A DNA stretch of 64,000 nt, taken from positions 1 to 64,000 of the forward strand of contig CAVUVW010000025.1 of NCBI GenBank assembly GCA_963745035.1. Direction: 5' to 3'. The translations under genes and the position numbers were made by a program. The stretch is from an uncultured delta proteobacterium. Its GTDB lineage: Bacteria; Desulfobacterota; Binatia; UBA9968. Numbering within the stretch: position 1 is the stretch's first letter; each line of letters starts with the position of its first letter. Shown in pieces: positions 10,982 to 21,084 of the stretch. Under the pieces are notes generated by a model. It did not search any database. It was not told where the DNA came from and saw only the letters and a program-made list of their open reading frames with translations.

Positions 10982-12006
10982 CTATTCGCCGTATTTTCCA
11001 TGCTCCTGAGGTTGTCTGGACGAGGGTTTGAAAAAGCCCTGCTGCTCAAGCTCTTGGACAAGAGTTAGATCGGTGAGATCCTCGGCCCGCTTGCCTTTGA
11101 GTCCGGGTTTGGCGGCGAATTCCTGAATACCGAGCGCGACGTTTTCCAGGCGCGGGAAGGGTCGCTCGGGGATCGCGCCATGAACATACGTTCGGTACAT
11201 GAATTCCAGCAACGCGGGATCTTTGACGTTCAAATAGCGCATGTAAATGCGGTCGGCCTGCGCGCGCTCGCGCCGCGCCAGCGCCGCCGCTTCGCCCAGC
11301 GCCTGAACGAAAGCCTTGACCGCGTGGCGCGAATTTACCAGCAGGCTGCGCGCAACGGCGAAGTCGACACCGCCGCCGATGAACAGCTTCAAGCTCTCGT
11401 TGTCGGCAAGCACGCGGACTTTGTGGATCTCGCCGCGCCGCTCCAAATCGAAAATATTGTCCTCGTTGCTCGTCGTCGCGTCGATCTCGCCTTTGACGAG
11501 TGCATTCAGCCGCGTGATGCTGCGCTGGCCCATGGGCACCAGAGTAACGTCCTTGTCGGGATCGAGACCGAGTACGTTGCAGCGCCTGGCGCGTGATCCG
11601 GTCCTGGCTGCTGTTCGCTTCGCCCGTGCCGACGCGTTTGCCTTTCAACTCGCTCGGCCGCGTGATCGACGGATGAGACAGCAGCTTCAGCACGCTGTAG
11701 CCGGTGTTGGCGAAGAAAACCAAATCCTTGCCGTCGCCGATGCCCGAGACGATCCAATTCGCCGTCGCCGCATAAATCTGCGCTTCGTCCCGGCCGATCC
11801 GTTCCACCAGATCCTCGCCGCCCTTTGGTGTTTTGATTTCGACTTTCAGTCCGTATTTTTTGAAGAGACCGGCATCCTGAGCCAACCACAGCGGCAACTT
11901 CGCCGGCCGATCGGGATAAGAAAGAACCGTAATGGAAGTTTCAGCGGCAATAGACGTTGCCCCGCCATGATCCTGAGATGAGGATGACAAAAACTATGAA
12001 GAGCAT
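10982..12006 (-). CDS. ABC substrate-binding protein, NMT1/SsuA type (frameshifts near 11965 and 11575)
   Basis: LPLWLAQDAGLFKKYGLKVE, LKGKRVG, and C-terminal DLTLVQELEQQGFF spread over frames. Confidence 0.8.
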
Positions 12007-12024
12007 CGCCGGCTCGGATTCTAA

Positions 12025-12116
12025 CCTCCTCCCCCTTGACGGGGGAGGATGGTGGGGGTGATCGCGCTCAATGAAACACCCCTCATCCTCTCCCTCTCGG
12101 GACAAGGGGCGAGGGA
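12025..12116. repeat. REP-like palindromic doublet
   Basis: CCTCCCCCTTGACGGGGGAGG...CACCCCTCATCCTCTCCCTCTCGGGACAAGGGGCGAGGG; related degenerate copies near 18201-18237 and 43858-43892. Confidence 0.65.
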
Positions 12117-12190
12117 ATGAAAAGAGGCGTAAGCAATTGGACAGAGAGCGAGAAATATTTGCTGAGCAATCGGCAAACTCGCCTCATTGT

Positions 12191-13636
12191 TCAGCCCTCC
12201 GGCCGATCTTCGATCGGCCGCGGCATCGGGTTCTTGTAGTCAGCGTGAAACGAAGTATCCATCTTCTTGCCGTCCATATACACGGTTTCGACGTTCTGCG
12301 TATCGGAAATATTTTTCAGCGGATCACCGCGCACGATAACGAAGTCCGCCACCTTGCCTTTCTCTACGCTGCCGTACTCTTTGTCTTTGCGCCACGCCTG
12401 CGCGACGTTAAGCGCCGCCGTTTGAATCGCCTGCTCGGCCGTCAAGCCCGCCTCGACGAGCATCTCGAGCTCCGCATGAAGTCCGTAACCCGCGACCACG
12501 TGATTGGGGTCGGAGCCCGAGTGAATTTTGCCGCCGGCTTTCGCAAATCTGCGAATGAAATCCTGCAGCATTTTGTACCCGCCCATCAACTCATTGCGCT
12601 TTTCCGCGCTCATCTTTTCGTACTTGGCAAAGAAACTTTCCGTGTCTTTCAAAATGTACGCCGGCAGATATTTCAACGCCAGGATTTCTTAGCAGCGCCA
12701 GCTCGCGCTTCTTCATGCCGCCGGCATGAATCGAAAGCGGGCGCAGCCACGTCGCCCAGGTCGGGCTCCAGTGCACTCGTTTGTCGATCATGACTTTGAT
12801 CAGCCGATCGAATGTCGCCGGTTCCATGTAAGCGTGAATTTCCGCTGTATCGATCTTGCGCCGCATGCGCGCCATATCGAGATCGTGGCGCTTCTTGGTG
12901 TCTTGGATCGAAGTGTAGACCACCGACCAGGAATGCTCGACGGAGTTGTAGCCGTTCTCCGCGGCCGTAAAAATATCGAGCGTGTGGCCGAACACCGGCC
13001 GGCCGAGCTTGCGCGCTTCGTCCGCCGCCGCCTTGGCGACCTGCGGCTTGAGACGCTCGAAGAGCTTAATACCGTCCACTCCTTTTTCAACCAAATCGCG
13101 CACAGCCTGTCGTGCTTCGTCTTCGCTATCGACGATGATGCTCGTGCGCTGGCGCCTGAGCACTCCGGTGCCTTCTGGCGGCGGCCCGTCGATGATGTTC
13201 GCCGACGCCCACACGCGCGGCCCGCGCACGCTGCCGTTCTTCACGCCTTCGCGCTGCGCGATAATCCATTCCACCGGATTGTTGGAAATATTCGGGCAGG
13301 TAAGCACGCCGTAAGCGAGATAGATCTCGCCCATCCAATCGCGATAGTGGCAGTGCCCATCGATCAGCCCCGGCAAAACCGTCTTGCCTTTGGCGTCGAT
13401 CACCTCCGCGCCCTGCGGAATCGAAACTTCGCCACGCTTGCCGACGTCCTGAAACCTGCCGTCGTGAACGATGACGACGAATCCGCCACCGCCGGCCGCC
13501 CGGTGCCGTCGATCAACGTCGCGCCTTGGATCACTAGGGAGCGGCTTTGTGCGCCCAGCGTGCACCCTGAGATGAACGCCGCGGCAGAGATAATAATCGT
13601 TCGAACGCCAATCGAAAAATTTTCATAGCCACCCAT
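12191..13636 (-). CDS. Amidohydrolase (imidazolonepropionase-like), frameshifts near 13490 and 12680
   Basis: GATLIDGTG, DAKGKTVLPGLIDGHCH, GPRVW, GSDP, GSVEKGKVADFVIVRGDPL. Confidence 0.85.
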
Positions 13637-13644
13637 CTGCCTGA

Positions 13645-15336
13645 TCGACTTGAACGAGACGACCAGATAAACCGGCGCCGACTCCGAGGTCGGAATGCCG
13701 GGATCGATCGACAGTGACCCTATGAGTGCCGGCTTTCAAGGACGGGATGCTCAGCTCCAACTCTCTGCCGCTGACAAACCGGCTCTCGATCTTTCTTGCC
13801 ATTGATCAGCACTTGGTGCGTCGGACGAAAATTCACACCGGCAAGTTTAACCGATCCAGTATTGCCTTCGACCAGCAGCGCGGGTGAGAGCTGAGTTAGA
13901 TTCGTCACGTAGCGATCCGCAATCGTCCGCGGGATCGGATTGCGATAGCTCGGGTTGAACGAAGTATCGACCGCTTTGCCGTCCATGAAAACTTTTTCGA
14001 CATTTTGAGTCGCGGTGATGTCGTTCATCACGTTGCCGCGCACGATCACCAGATCCGCGACTTTGCCTTTTTCGACGCTGCCGAAGTCTTTGTCCTTGCC
14101 CCAGGTCTTGGCGACGTTGAGACTCGCCGACTGAATCGCCACGAGCGGACTCAACCCGGCGTCGATGGCAAGCTCTAGCTCCGCGTGCAAGCCATAGGCC
14201 GGCAGCAAGCTTCCCGGATCCGAGCCGGAGTGGATTTTACCGCCCGCGGCGACATAGCGGCGGGCGAAGTCCTGAACCATCTTGTAGGCCTTGTCGAAAG
14301 TCTCGCGTCTTTCCGGAGTCATCTTCTCGTAGCCGGCAAAATAACCTTCAACGGCCTCCAAGTTGTAAGGCGGCAGGTAAATCAGGCGAGGATTTTTGAG
14401 CATGGCGAGTTCGCGCTTTCTCATGTCAGCCGCTCGCGGCGACAGCGCGCGAAACTGCGTCGCCCAGGCCGGGCTCCAGTGGACGTCTTTGGCAACCATC
14501 GCCTTGATAATCTCATCGAACTGCTCGGGCACCATGTTAATGTGCGCCTCGACCGTGCCCACTTTGCCCGTCATGCGGTTCATGTCGACTTCCGCGCGTT
14601 TCTGAACGTCGCGAATGGTCGTAAACATGACGGCCCAGGAATGCTCGACCGAGGTGTAGCCCGCGTCGACGGCGTCGAAGATGTTGATGGAATGGCCGAT
14701 CACCGGTTTCCCTAGCCGGCGCGCCTCTTCGGCGGCGGCTTTAGCGACGTTGGGCGCGAGACGCTCGAGAAATTTAAAACCGTCCATGCCTTTGTTGACA
14801 TGTTCCTGGACAGCCTTGCGCGCCTCGTCTTCGGTGCGAACGATAACGCTGCCGCGCTGCCAGCGCTGCTCCGGCATGCCCTGCGGCCGCGGCCCGTCAA
14901 GCGCGTGACCGGAGATCCACAAGCGCGGCCCGCGAATCTTGCCTTTTTGAATACCTTCCTTCTGCGCGATGATCCATTCGGTCGGACTGTTATTGATGTC
15001 GGGGCAAGTGGTCACACCATAGGCGAGATGAAGCTCGCCGATCCACTCCCAATAATGGCAATGCCCATCGATCAGCCCCGGCAACACCGTTTTCCCCTTG
15101 GCGTCGATCACCTCCGCGCCGCGCGGAATCGCAACCTCGCCGCGCTTGCCAGCGTCCTGAATGCGCCCGTTGTGAAAAACAATTACGGCATCTTCGATCG
15201 CGGCGCGCCCGGTGCCGTCGATCAACGTCCCACCGACAATGGCGATCGCCCGCGTCTGAGCGGAAAGTGTGGGCGCAAAAACCAAAAAGACGAGCAAACT
15301 GATCAAAATCACCCGACCATATTTGTGATTGACCAT
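13645..15336 (-). CDS. Secreted amidohydrolase paralog with C-terminal IPT/TIG-like domain (frameshifted near 13790)
   Basis: Signal peptide, PGLIDGHCH, GSDP, GKVADLVIV, then LTQLSPALL..GVNFRPTHQVLING; 3' end approximate. Confidence 0.85.
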
Positions 15337-15506
15337 CGGATCTCTCCCGCGGGCTTTCGCAACTATAATTTCCGAAGCCGTCACTCACTACTCCAATACT
15401 CCAGCACCCAAACCCTTCAGTCGCATACCTAGCACATGACGAGCGATCCCGACAATTAATAGTCGTTGTCTTTGAAAACCGCATTGCTTAGGGTTTGAGG
15501 CATCCT

Positions 15507-16106
15507 ATGGGCGATGCTTCTGATAGTAACCAGCCGAATTTCTGGACCGCCCGCTACGCGGCCGGTAAAACACCGTGGGACTTCGGCGGTGTTCCATCGG
15601 CCTTGAAATCATTTCTTGAGAGATCTTCTGTGCCGGGCACAGTACTGATTCCGGGATGTGGCTCCGGCTACGAGATTCAGGCGTTTCATGCCGCCGGCTA
15701 CGACGTTTCAGCAATAGATTTTTCACCTGCTGCTGTCGACCAAGCCAAACGGGTGCTCGGGTCTTTAGCTGAACGGGTGATTCTGGGAGATTTCTTTACC
15801 TACGACTTCGGCCAGCGCCGCTTCGACCTCCTTTACGAACGGACATTTCTTTGTTCAATGACTCCCACCCGCTGGCCCGAGTATGTGAACAGAATGGCGG
15901 ATCTTTTATTGCCCGGAGGCAGATTGATCGGCGTCTTCTTGTATGGACAAAGGCGATCGTCGGGGCCGCCCTTTCCGATTACACAGTCCGAAGCCGAGCA
16001 GCTTTTCAAAAAACGCTTTCACCTAGTGCGGAGTGAAGCGACGACCGACTCCCTGCCCTTATTTCGCGATATGGAACGATGGCAGGAATGGCTGAAGAGC
16101 GTTTAG
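15507..16106 (+). CDS. TPMT/thiol-halide-type SAM methyltransferase
   Basis: FWTARY..GKTPWD, VLIPGCGSGY, DFFTY, YERTFLCSM, GPPFPIT. Confidence 0.9.
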   Translation: MGDASDSNQPNFWTARYAAGKTPWDFGGVPSALKSFLERSSVPGTVLIPGCGSGYEIQAFHAAGYDVSAIDFSPAAVDQAKRVLGSLAERVILGDFFTYDFGQRRFDLLYERTFLCSMTPTRWPEYVNRMADLLLPGGRLIGVFLYGQRRSSGPPFPITQSEAEQLFKKRFHLVRSEATTDSLPLFRDMERWQEWLKSV

Positions 16107-16149
16107 CTTAATCGCCTGTTGAGGCAAACTCTGTCAATGCCGACCCGGT

Positions 16150-16400
16150 GACGTGAACTCGTGCGGCGATTGGTTGGCAGTCGCACTGAAGGACGCTTTC
16201 CGGACCAAGGACGGCGGCCTCGATTTGACCGCGTTCAGAACGTGTCTGAAGGACAACGGCATCTCTGCTCCCAACGTGGACAGGGCCGCCATGGCGCAAT
16301 CGGTCGGTTCCGCATGTGTGCCGGCTTAATGCTTCGGCGCCACGCATTGAAGGTGGGTCACGTTGAAATCGAGGCAAGAAAATCGTGGCACCGGGCACGA
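16150..16400 (+). pseudogene. Fragment of a phage-like hypothetical gene
   Basis: Reads NSCGDWLAVALKDAFRTKDGGLDLTAFRTCLKDNGI... then, after a frameshift, GRFRMCAGLMLRRH; no start codon seen. Confidence 0.3.
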
Positions 16401-16436
16401 AGCGACGCCCTAAGCAGTAGAACCACCTCGCCAACT

Positions 16437-16750
16437 TTAGTGGGCGTCTATAACATTCACAAGACCGTTAAGTAACGGGATGAATCCCCTGAAGTCAATT
16501 TGATCAGCATTAGGCTTTACTACCTTGTTAGCAAAGTCGACCTTTCCATAATGAGTATCCGTGTTGTAATCATTATTCGGGTCGAACGTCTTTCCTCTCA
16601 AATTGGTCGCCTTGATAGCTGCGTCAAAGCAGTCCTCTATCTTTGATTCCAAAGCGATGCTGCTGATTGGGGTCAGTACCAAGTAGAGATTTTTAGTGAT
16701 GTGTGTGTACGCATCAAGACGATTGGGCTTCTTGCCTGCGAGTTCCTTCA
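16437..16750 (-). pseudogene. C-terminal tail of a retron Ec67-type RT-TOPRIM protein
   Basis: HITKNLYLVLTP...SKIEDCFD...GKTFDPNND...THYGKVDFANKVV...IDFRGFIPLL resembles, from memory, the Ec67 RT C-terminus (HNLYLVLTP..MEDLF..GKKF..EYGKHIFS..IDFKAF); RT core absent. Confidence 0.7.
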
Positions 16751-17157
16751 CTGATCGGTTCCCAGTCCTCTTCAAAAATGTACTCGTGCCAACGAGTTGG
16801 ACGTACCGGCCGCGCGACATCAAGTGCGTCAAGGTCGGACTGGAAGAGGGCGGAGGAGTCGAGACGCTCGATAAATTCTTGAGTTACCTGATACTCTTCG
16901 ATGTCCACCCCATATGATTCAAGGACAGTTAGGACATATGAAAATCCGTGAGAGCCTTCGCCTCTATAACCAGAACCAAAACCTGATTTAACGGCAATCA
17001 GATCACCGACATCGGTTGTGAGCAAGAGTCCATGTTGTTTACTGGAGGACAATATCCGCGCCTTTGTTATGCGGTCCCCGTACTGCAGCAACCGTAAAAC
17101 TGCATCTAGGCACTCCTTCGTTATTCCGGACACTCCAGAATATTCAATACCGGCCAT
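16714..17157 (-). pseudogene. Truncated N-terminal part of a TIGR02391-like protein
   Basis: AVKSGFGSGYRGEGSHGFSYVL...RPVRPTRWHEYIFEEDW recalled as the N-terminal region of TIGR02391-family proteins; breaks off at about 16745. Confidence 0.45.
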
Positions 17158-17233
17158 CTCGTATTTTGCACGCCGACTCACAGTCGATTCTCCTACACCC
17201 TGTGGTGCCTCATCTTCGGTCCAACATGGGAGA

Positions 17234-17755
17234 CTAGCTCTTTTTCTCGCCTTGTTTCTCGGGGTTCATGATTCTATCCATCGTACCAATCAAACCTCGA
17301 TACGATTCTGCGTCTTTTTCATATGTGCCGAGGAAGCCTGCACAAAAAGCACACGCTGCGAAGACTATCTCATGATCTGGGGCGGTTTCGTGGCCTTCTA
17401 TGCTTTCCATGCCCTCGGCCTCCCTCAGATAAATGCGTTTCAATGCATCTAGTTTTTTTTCGCGATCCGCCGAATCGAGAGAATGTGACAGGCCATTTCG
17501 CAGGGCATTGATTGCGAGAAGAAGATCCCACATTCCCAACTTACTCTTTCTCAGGGCGAAGGCTCGGGCGAGCTGAACTTTCCTATAGAAGCCTAAACCC
17601 GCGTCATCGACATGCTCTCCGTTCCACACGTGTAGTTTGAGAATTCGCGTCAAGCCCTCTTCAAGAATCAGGTGGCCCTTCAGAACAACCTGCGCCAGTT
17701 CATCGACTTCGAGCATATGCTTGGCGAACTGGTCGAGATATTTGTCGTGCTTCAC
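17234..17755 (-). CDS. HEPN-like helical protein (Rx4H motif)
   Basis: VLKGHLILEE, FYRKVQLARA, INALRNGLSH (R-N-x3-H); all-helical pattern; lower GC. Confidence 0.6.
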   Translation of the reverse strand: MKHDKYLDQFAKHMLEVDELAQVVLKGHLILEEGLTRILKLHVWNGEHVDDAGLGFYRKVQLARAFALRKSKLGMWDLLLAINALRNGLSHSLDSADREKKLDALKRIYLREAEGMESIEGHETAPDHEIVFAACAFCAGFLGTYEKDAESYRGLIGTMDRIMNPEKQGEKKS

Positions 17756-18180
17756 GGTTGCGCATTATACACCACTATCGAACCGTTGGGCTGTAAGCCT
17801 GCGCGGCGTCCAGCCAGAACAGGCATCAGGGGAGAAAGGATTAGGCACTGCGGCGTGTAGCCGCTGGTGGATAGGGTGCCTGCGTCTTGGTCCCCGTGTG
17901 GCCCACGAGGATTTACAGTTTTGCTTCTCTGCTTGATCCGCTGATTCAGCGACTGCAGCACGCCCGCATCCACCGCGGCGATCACATCCACGGCTGCGTC
18001 CAGTTCTTCTTCCGTCATCCCCGCTTTCCTTGCGTCCGCAAGGCGGCGATCCACTCAGGGATCGCAGAGGCGCATCATGGCGACGGTGAGACCGATGAGC
18101 ATCTTCTCTCGTTCGGTGAGACACTCGACCGCGTGCGCGTCGCGATAGAAAGTTCTGAAATCTGCTTTCTTGATTGCCAT
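17752..18180 (-). CDS. AhpD/CMD-like selenoprotein with CxxU motif (Sec42 = TGA at 18057-18055)
   Basis: AAGGA RBS; ATG 18180 MAIKKADFRTFYRDAHAVECLTEREKMLIGLTVAMMRLCDP-U-VDRRLADARKAGMTEEELDAAVDVIAAVDAG; frame and CMD pattern continue through the TGA; true 3' end may be near 17912. Confidence 0.85.
18021..18046 (-). promoter_or_regulatory. Putative bacterial SECIS element
   Basis: CCGC-CTTGC-GGAC-GCAAG-GAAA-GCGG hairpin; apical loop starts with G, 17 nt after the UGA. Confidence 0.7.
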
Positions 18181-18263
18181 GATCCGTCCTTTGAAGAATT
18201 GCCCTCATCCTTCCCTCTCCTACTTCATGGCGAGGGTAAAAACTCGGAACCCGGGACAAACAG

Positions 18264-19314
18264 CTATGCTGGTTTTACTCCCGTGATGAGCGCGTAGGAA
18301 AAACTTCCCTTCACGTGCGCGTGGTCGCCGTGGGCGTGCCAGGTGAAATAATTTTTCTTCATGCGCTCGGCGAGCTCCGGCGCTTCCTTTTCCAATTCCA
18401 ACGCGGCTTCGAGCCAATGCCGCCCGGTGGGAATGCCGTCCATGCCTTCCTGATTGAACGAGTACGACAAGACATTGGTGCGCGGCACGCGGTAGCCGGC
18501 TTTGGTCAGCAAACGCTGGATGCTGCTCGCGGTGTGGTAGCGAAACTCGTCGCCGTGGGTGCGCCGAAACACTTGATTGATCTTGGTTTCGAGCGCGATA
18601 TCGACGGCGTCCTTGGCTTCCTCGATGATCGGGTCGAGCACGACGAAGCGCCCGCCGTTCTTGAGCACGCGCAAGACTTCGCCGACCACACCCGACGGAT
18701 TGCCGAAATGGTGCAGGCTGAATGAAACAAAAGCGCGATCGAACGTGTTCGTCTTGAACGGCAGTTTGTCCGCCTCGCCGGCGCTCTGATCGTAGTGCGC
18801 AATCGGATCCTCATGTTTATGGCCGACGTCGAGCATCGCCAGAGCCTGATCGACGCCGACGATCTTGCCGCCTTTCATTTGCTTGGCGAGCGGCCGGGCG
18901 ACGCGCCCCGTGCCAGTCGCCACGTCGAGCACCAACTCGCCGCCTTTGAGCGTGAGCATCTCGATCAATTTTTCCGTCAGCGAGCTGCGGATGCCGGACA
19001 GCGCGCGCCGATCGAAGTCGGCGGCATGAGCCGGATCGTGGAATCGGGTCTTGTGGTCATGGCTGTGATCCGTGCTCGTGATCGTGGTCATGACCGTGTT
19101 GGTGCGAGCGGTCATGTGAATGCCCATGGTCATGTTCGTGACCTTGTGAGTGGCCATGAGCGGAATGGTCGTGACCGTGCCCATCTTCGTGGCCGTGATC
19201 GTGACCGTGTTCCGAAGCGTGGCTTTGTGTGTGTCCTTCGTGACCGTGCTCATGATGATGGTCATCATGACCGTGTGAATGTCCGTGTCCGTGATCTTGT
19301 TTGCGTTCCGCCAT
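18264..19314 (-). CDS. Class I SAM methyltransferase (UbiE-like) with a long His-rich N-terminal leader; frameshift near 19070
   Basis: More than 30 His in about 90 aa (HGHDH-type repeats), then VLDVATGTG, VGVDQ, LPFKTNTFD, FSLHHF, LKNGGRF. Confidence 0.85.
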
Positions 19315-19375
19315 TTCGATGTCTCTTTTCTTCTTTGAGGTCTTACTCACGCCTCTCGCCTGTTGCCTCGCGCCT

Positions 19376-19786
19376 CTATTTTTTCGCCATTCCTTCCATG
19401 ATCTCCCACTGCTCGTCGGTTACTTTCATAATCGACAGGCGGGAATTTCGCACCAGGTCGAAATTTTTCAGTTTCGCGTGCGCCTTCACTTCGGCGAGCG
19501 TCACCGGTTTCGGCAAAGCCCGCACCGCTTCGATATCCACGACCAGCAGCTTGGGATCGTCCTCTTCAGGGTTAGGATAGGCGCCACCAAGGGCTTTGGC
19601 CACACCGACCGCGGCCTTCTCATCGCCCGTATGATAGATGAAAATCTGATCGCCTTTTTGGATGTCTTTAACATTCTTGAGCGCGAGATTATTCGCCACG
19701 CCGTCCCACATCGTTTGTTTGTCTTTGACCAGCTGCTGATAGGAATAGACGCTCGGTTCCGTTTTGAACAACCAACGAGTTGCCAT
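19376..19786 (-). CDS. EVE domain protein
   Basis: WLFKTEPSVYSY, WDGVANNLA, GDQIFIYHTG, PVTLAEVK, RLSIMKV. Confidence 0.92.
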   Translation of the reverse strand: MATRWLFKTEPSVYSYQQLVKDKQTMWDGVANNLALKNVKDIQKGDQIFIYHTGDEKAAVGVAKALGGAYPNPEEDDPKLLVVDIEAVRALPKPVTLAEVKAHAKLKNFDLVRNSRLSIMKVTDEQWEIMEGMAKK

Positions 19787-19934
19787 GCAATTCTCCTCCT
19801 GCCCTTCCTTATAAAATACCCGCGCGCCGCAATACAAATGGCCTAGCGGCCAAGCGGAAGCGATTGCGAGGAACCGCCTCAGTAATAGCGGAGGAGCGCG
19901 ATTGCGCGAGCGAAAGGCGAGAAAGCCGCGAGCC

Positions 19935-20963
19935 CTATCTCAAGCTGAAGATCTGCTTCCAGATCTTTTCGTACTTGGCAAATTCCCGGTATTCCTTTTC
20001 GCCCAAGCCATAGACGGTTTCGAGTCCGATCGGCTCGGCGGGTTGGACCTTCGGATTTGCCGGTACGCGGCCTTCGATGCCGAACGCCTTTTGTCCTTCG
20101 TCCGAAGCGGCCCAGCGATGAAACAACCATGCAGCGTTCGGATGCGGCGCGTTCTTAAATACCGCCGTCGCGCTGATCAAGCCGACGCCAAGCGAACGCA
20201 AGTAATTGAGCGGTCCGCCTTTCTGCATGCGCGGCAGCACGTGATGCGTGTAGCAGGTAATGCAAACCGCGCCCTGTCCGGCCATCAATAGCTCGACCAA
20301 TTGCGGATGGCCGCTATGGAACTCGACGCTGTTCGCGGCGATTCTTTTAAAAAATGCAATCGCCTTGTCGGCGTTCTTGTATCTTTGTTCCGCGAAAGCG
20401 ATCAGAAACTCGGCGTCCCGCGGCTCGGCCAAAGTTTGCCTTTCCACTTCGGCTCGGCAAAATCTTCATAAGCTCTTCGGCTCGTCCGCTTTACCGACCA
20501 ATTGCGTATTCCATGCCGCCACCAAAGTATTGAAGCGAGTCGCGACCCAGAAACTGCCTTTGAGATGGCTCGCAAACACGTCGGCCTCCGGCGGCAGCTT
20601 GTCGAGCACCAGACCCTGCTCGTGCACTTGCATGACGTTTTCCAGGTTCATGTGAAACACGTCGCCGATGGTTCGGCCGCCGCGCGCCTCGGAGATCGCC
20701 CGCGCGACGATCTTATCGGAGCTCGCGCCGGTGTTGACCGTCTTGATGCCGGGAAAGCGCTTTTCGAATACCGGCAAAACTTTTACCGCGGTGTCCGGCG
20801 TCAAAGTGCCGTAGACGTTCAGCGCGCCGCCCTCCTTCAGCGCCAGCTTGTAAGTCTCGTCGATGCTCTGAGCATAGCCAGAGCGAATGGAGAACAAACT
20901 CGCCGCGCACAGGACGATCAGGCAACAAATGTTTCGCACCGACGTTTGGCAGTTTGGTTGCAT
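19935..20963 (-). CDS. ABC substrate-binding protein, Fe(III)/polyamine type; frameshift near 20460
   Basis: ALKEGGALNVYGT, FEKRFPGIK, AWNTQLV, KNAPHPNAAWLF..WAASDEGQ. Confidence 0.85.
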
Positions 20964-21084
20964 TGGACCTTCCTAAATTCTGGAATAGTCCTTCGTAACA
21001 AACCGTCTTTTAACTTGTCAACAAACAGGTGGCCCTTCGATGGTCGCTTGACCCTCACACCCAAATCGCTGTATCCACAGTCCC

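Noticed and set aside
16437-16832. Functional retron
   Set aside because: No RT core (YADD, VTG motifs) and no recognisable msr/msd; only a C-terminal tail remains
19057-19314. His-rich stand-alone peptide, or Thr/Met-rich N-terminus of the methyltransferase as given by the ORF track
   Set aside because: Best explained as a single gene broken by one indel near 19070; the His pattern continues as HSHDH in the methyltransferase frame
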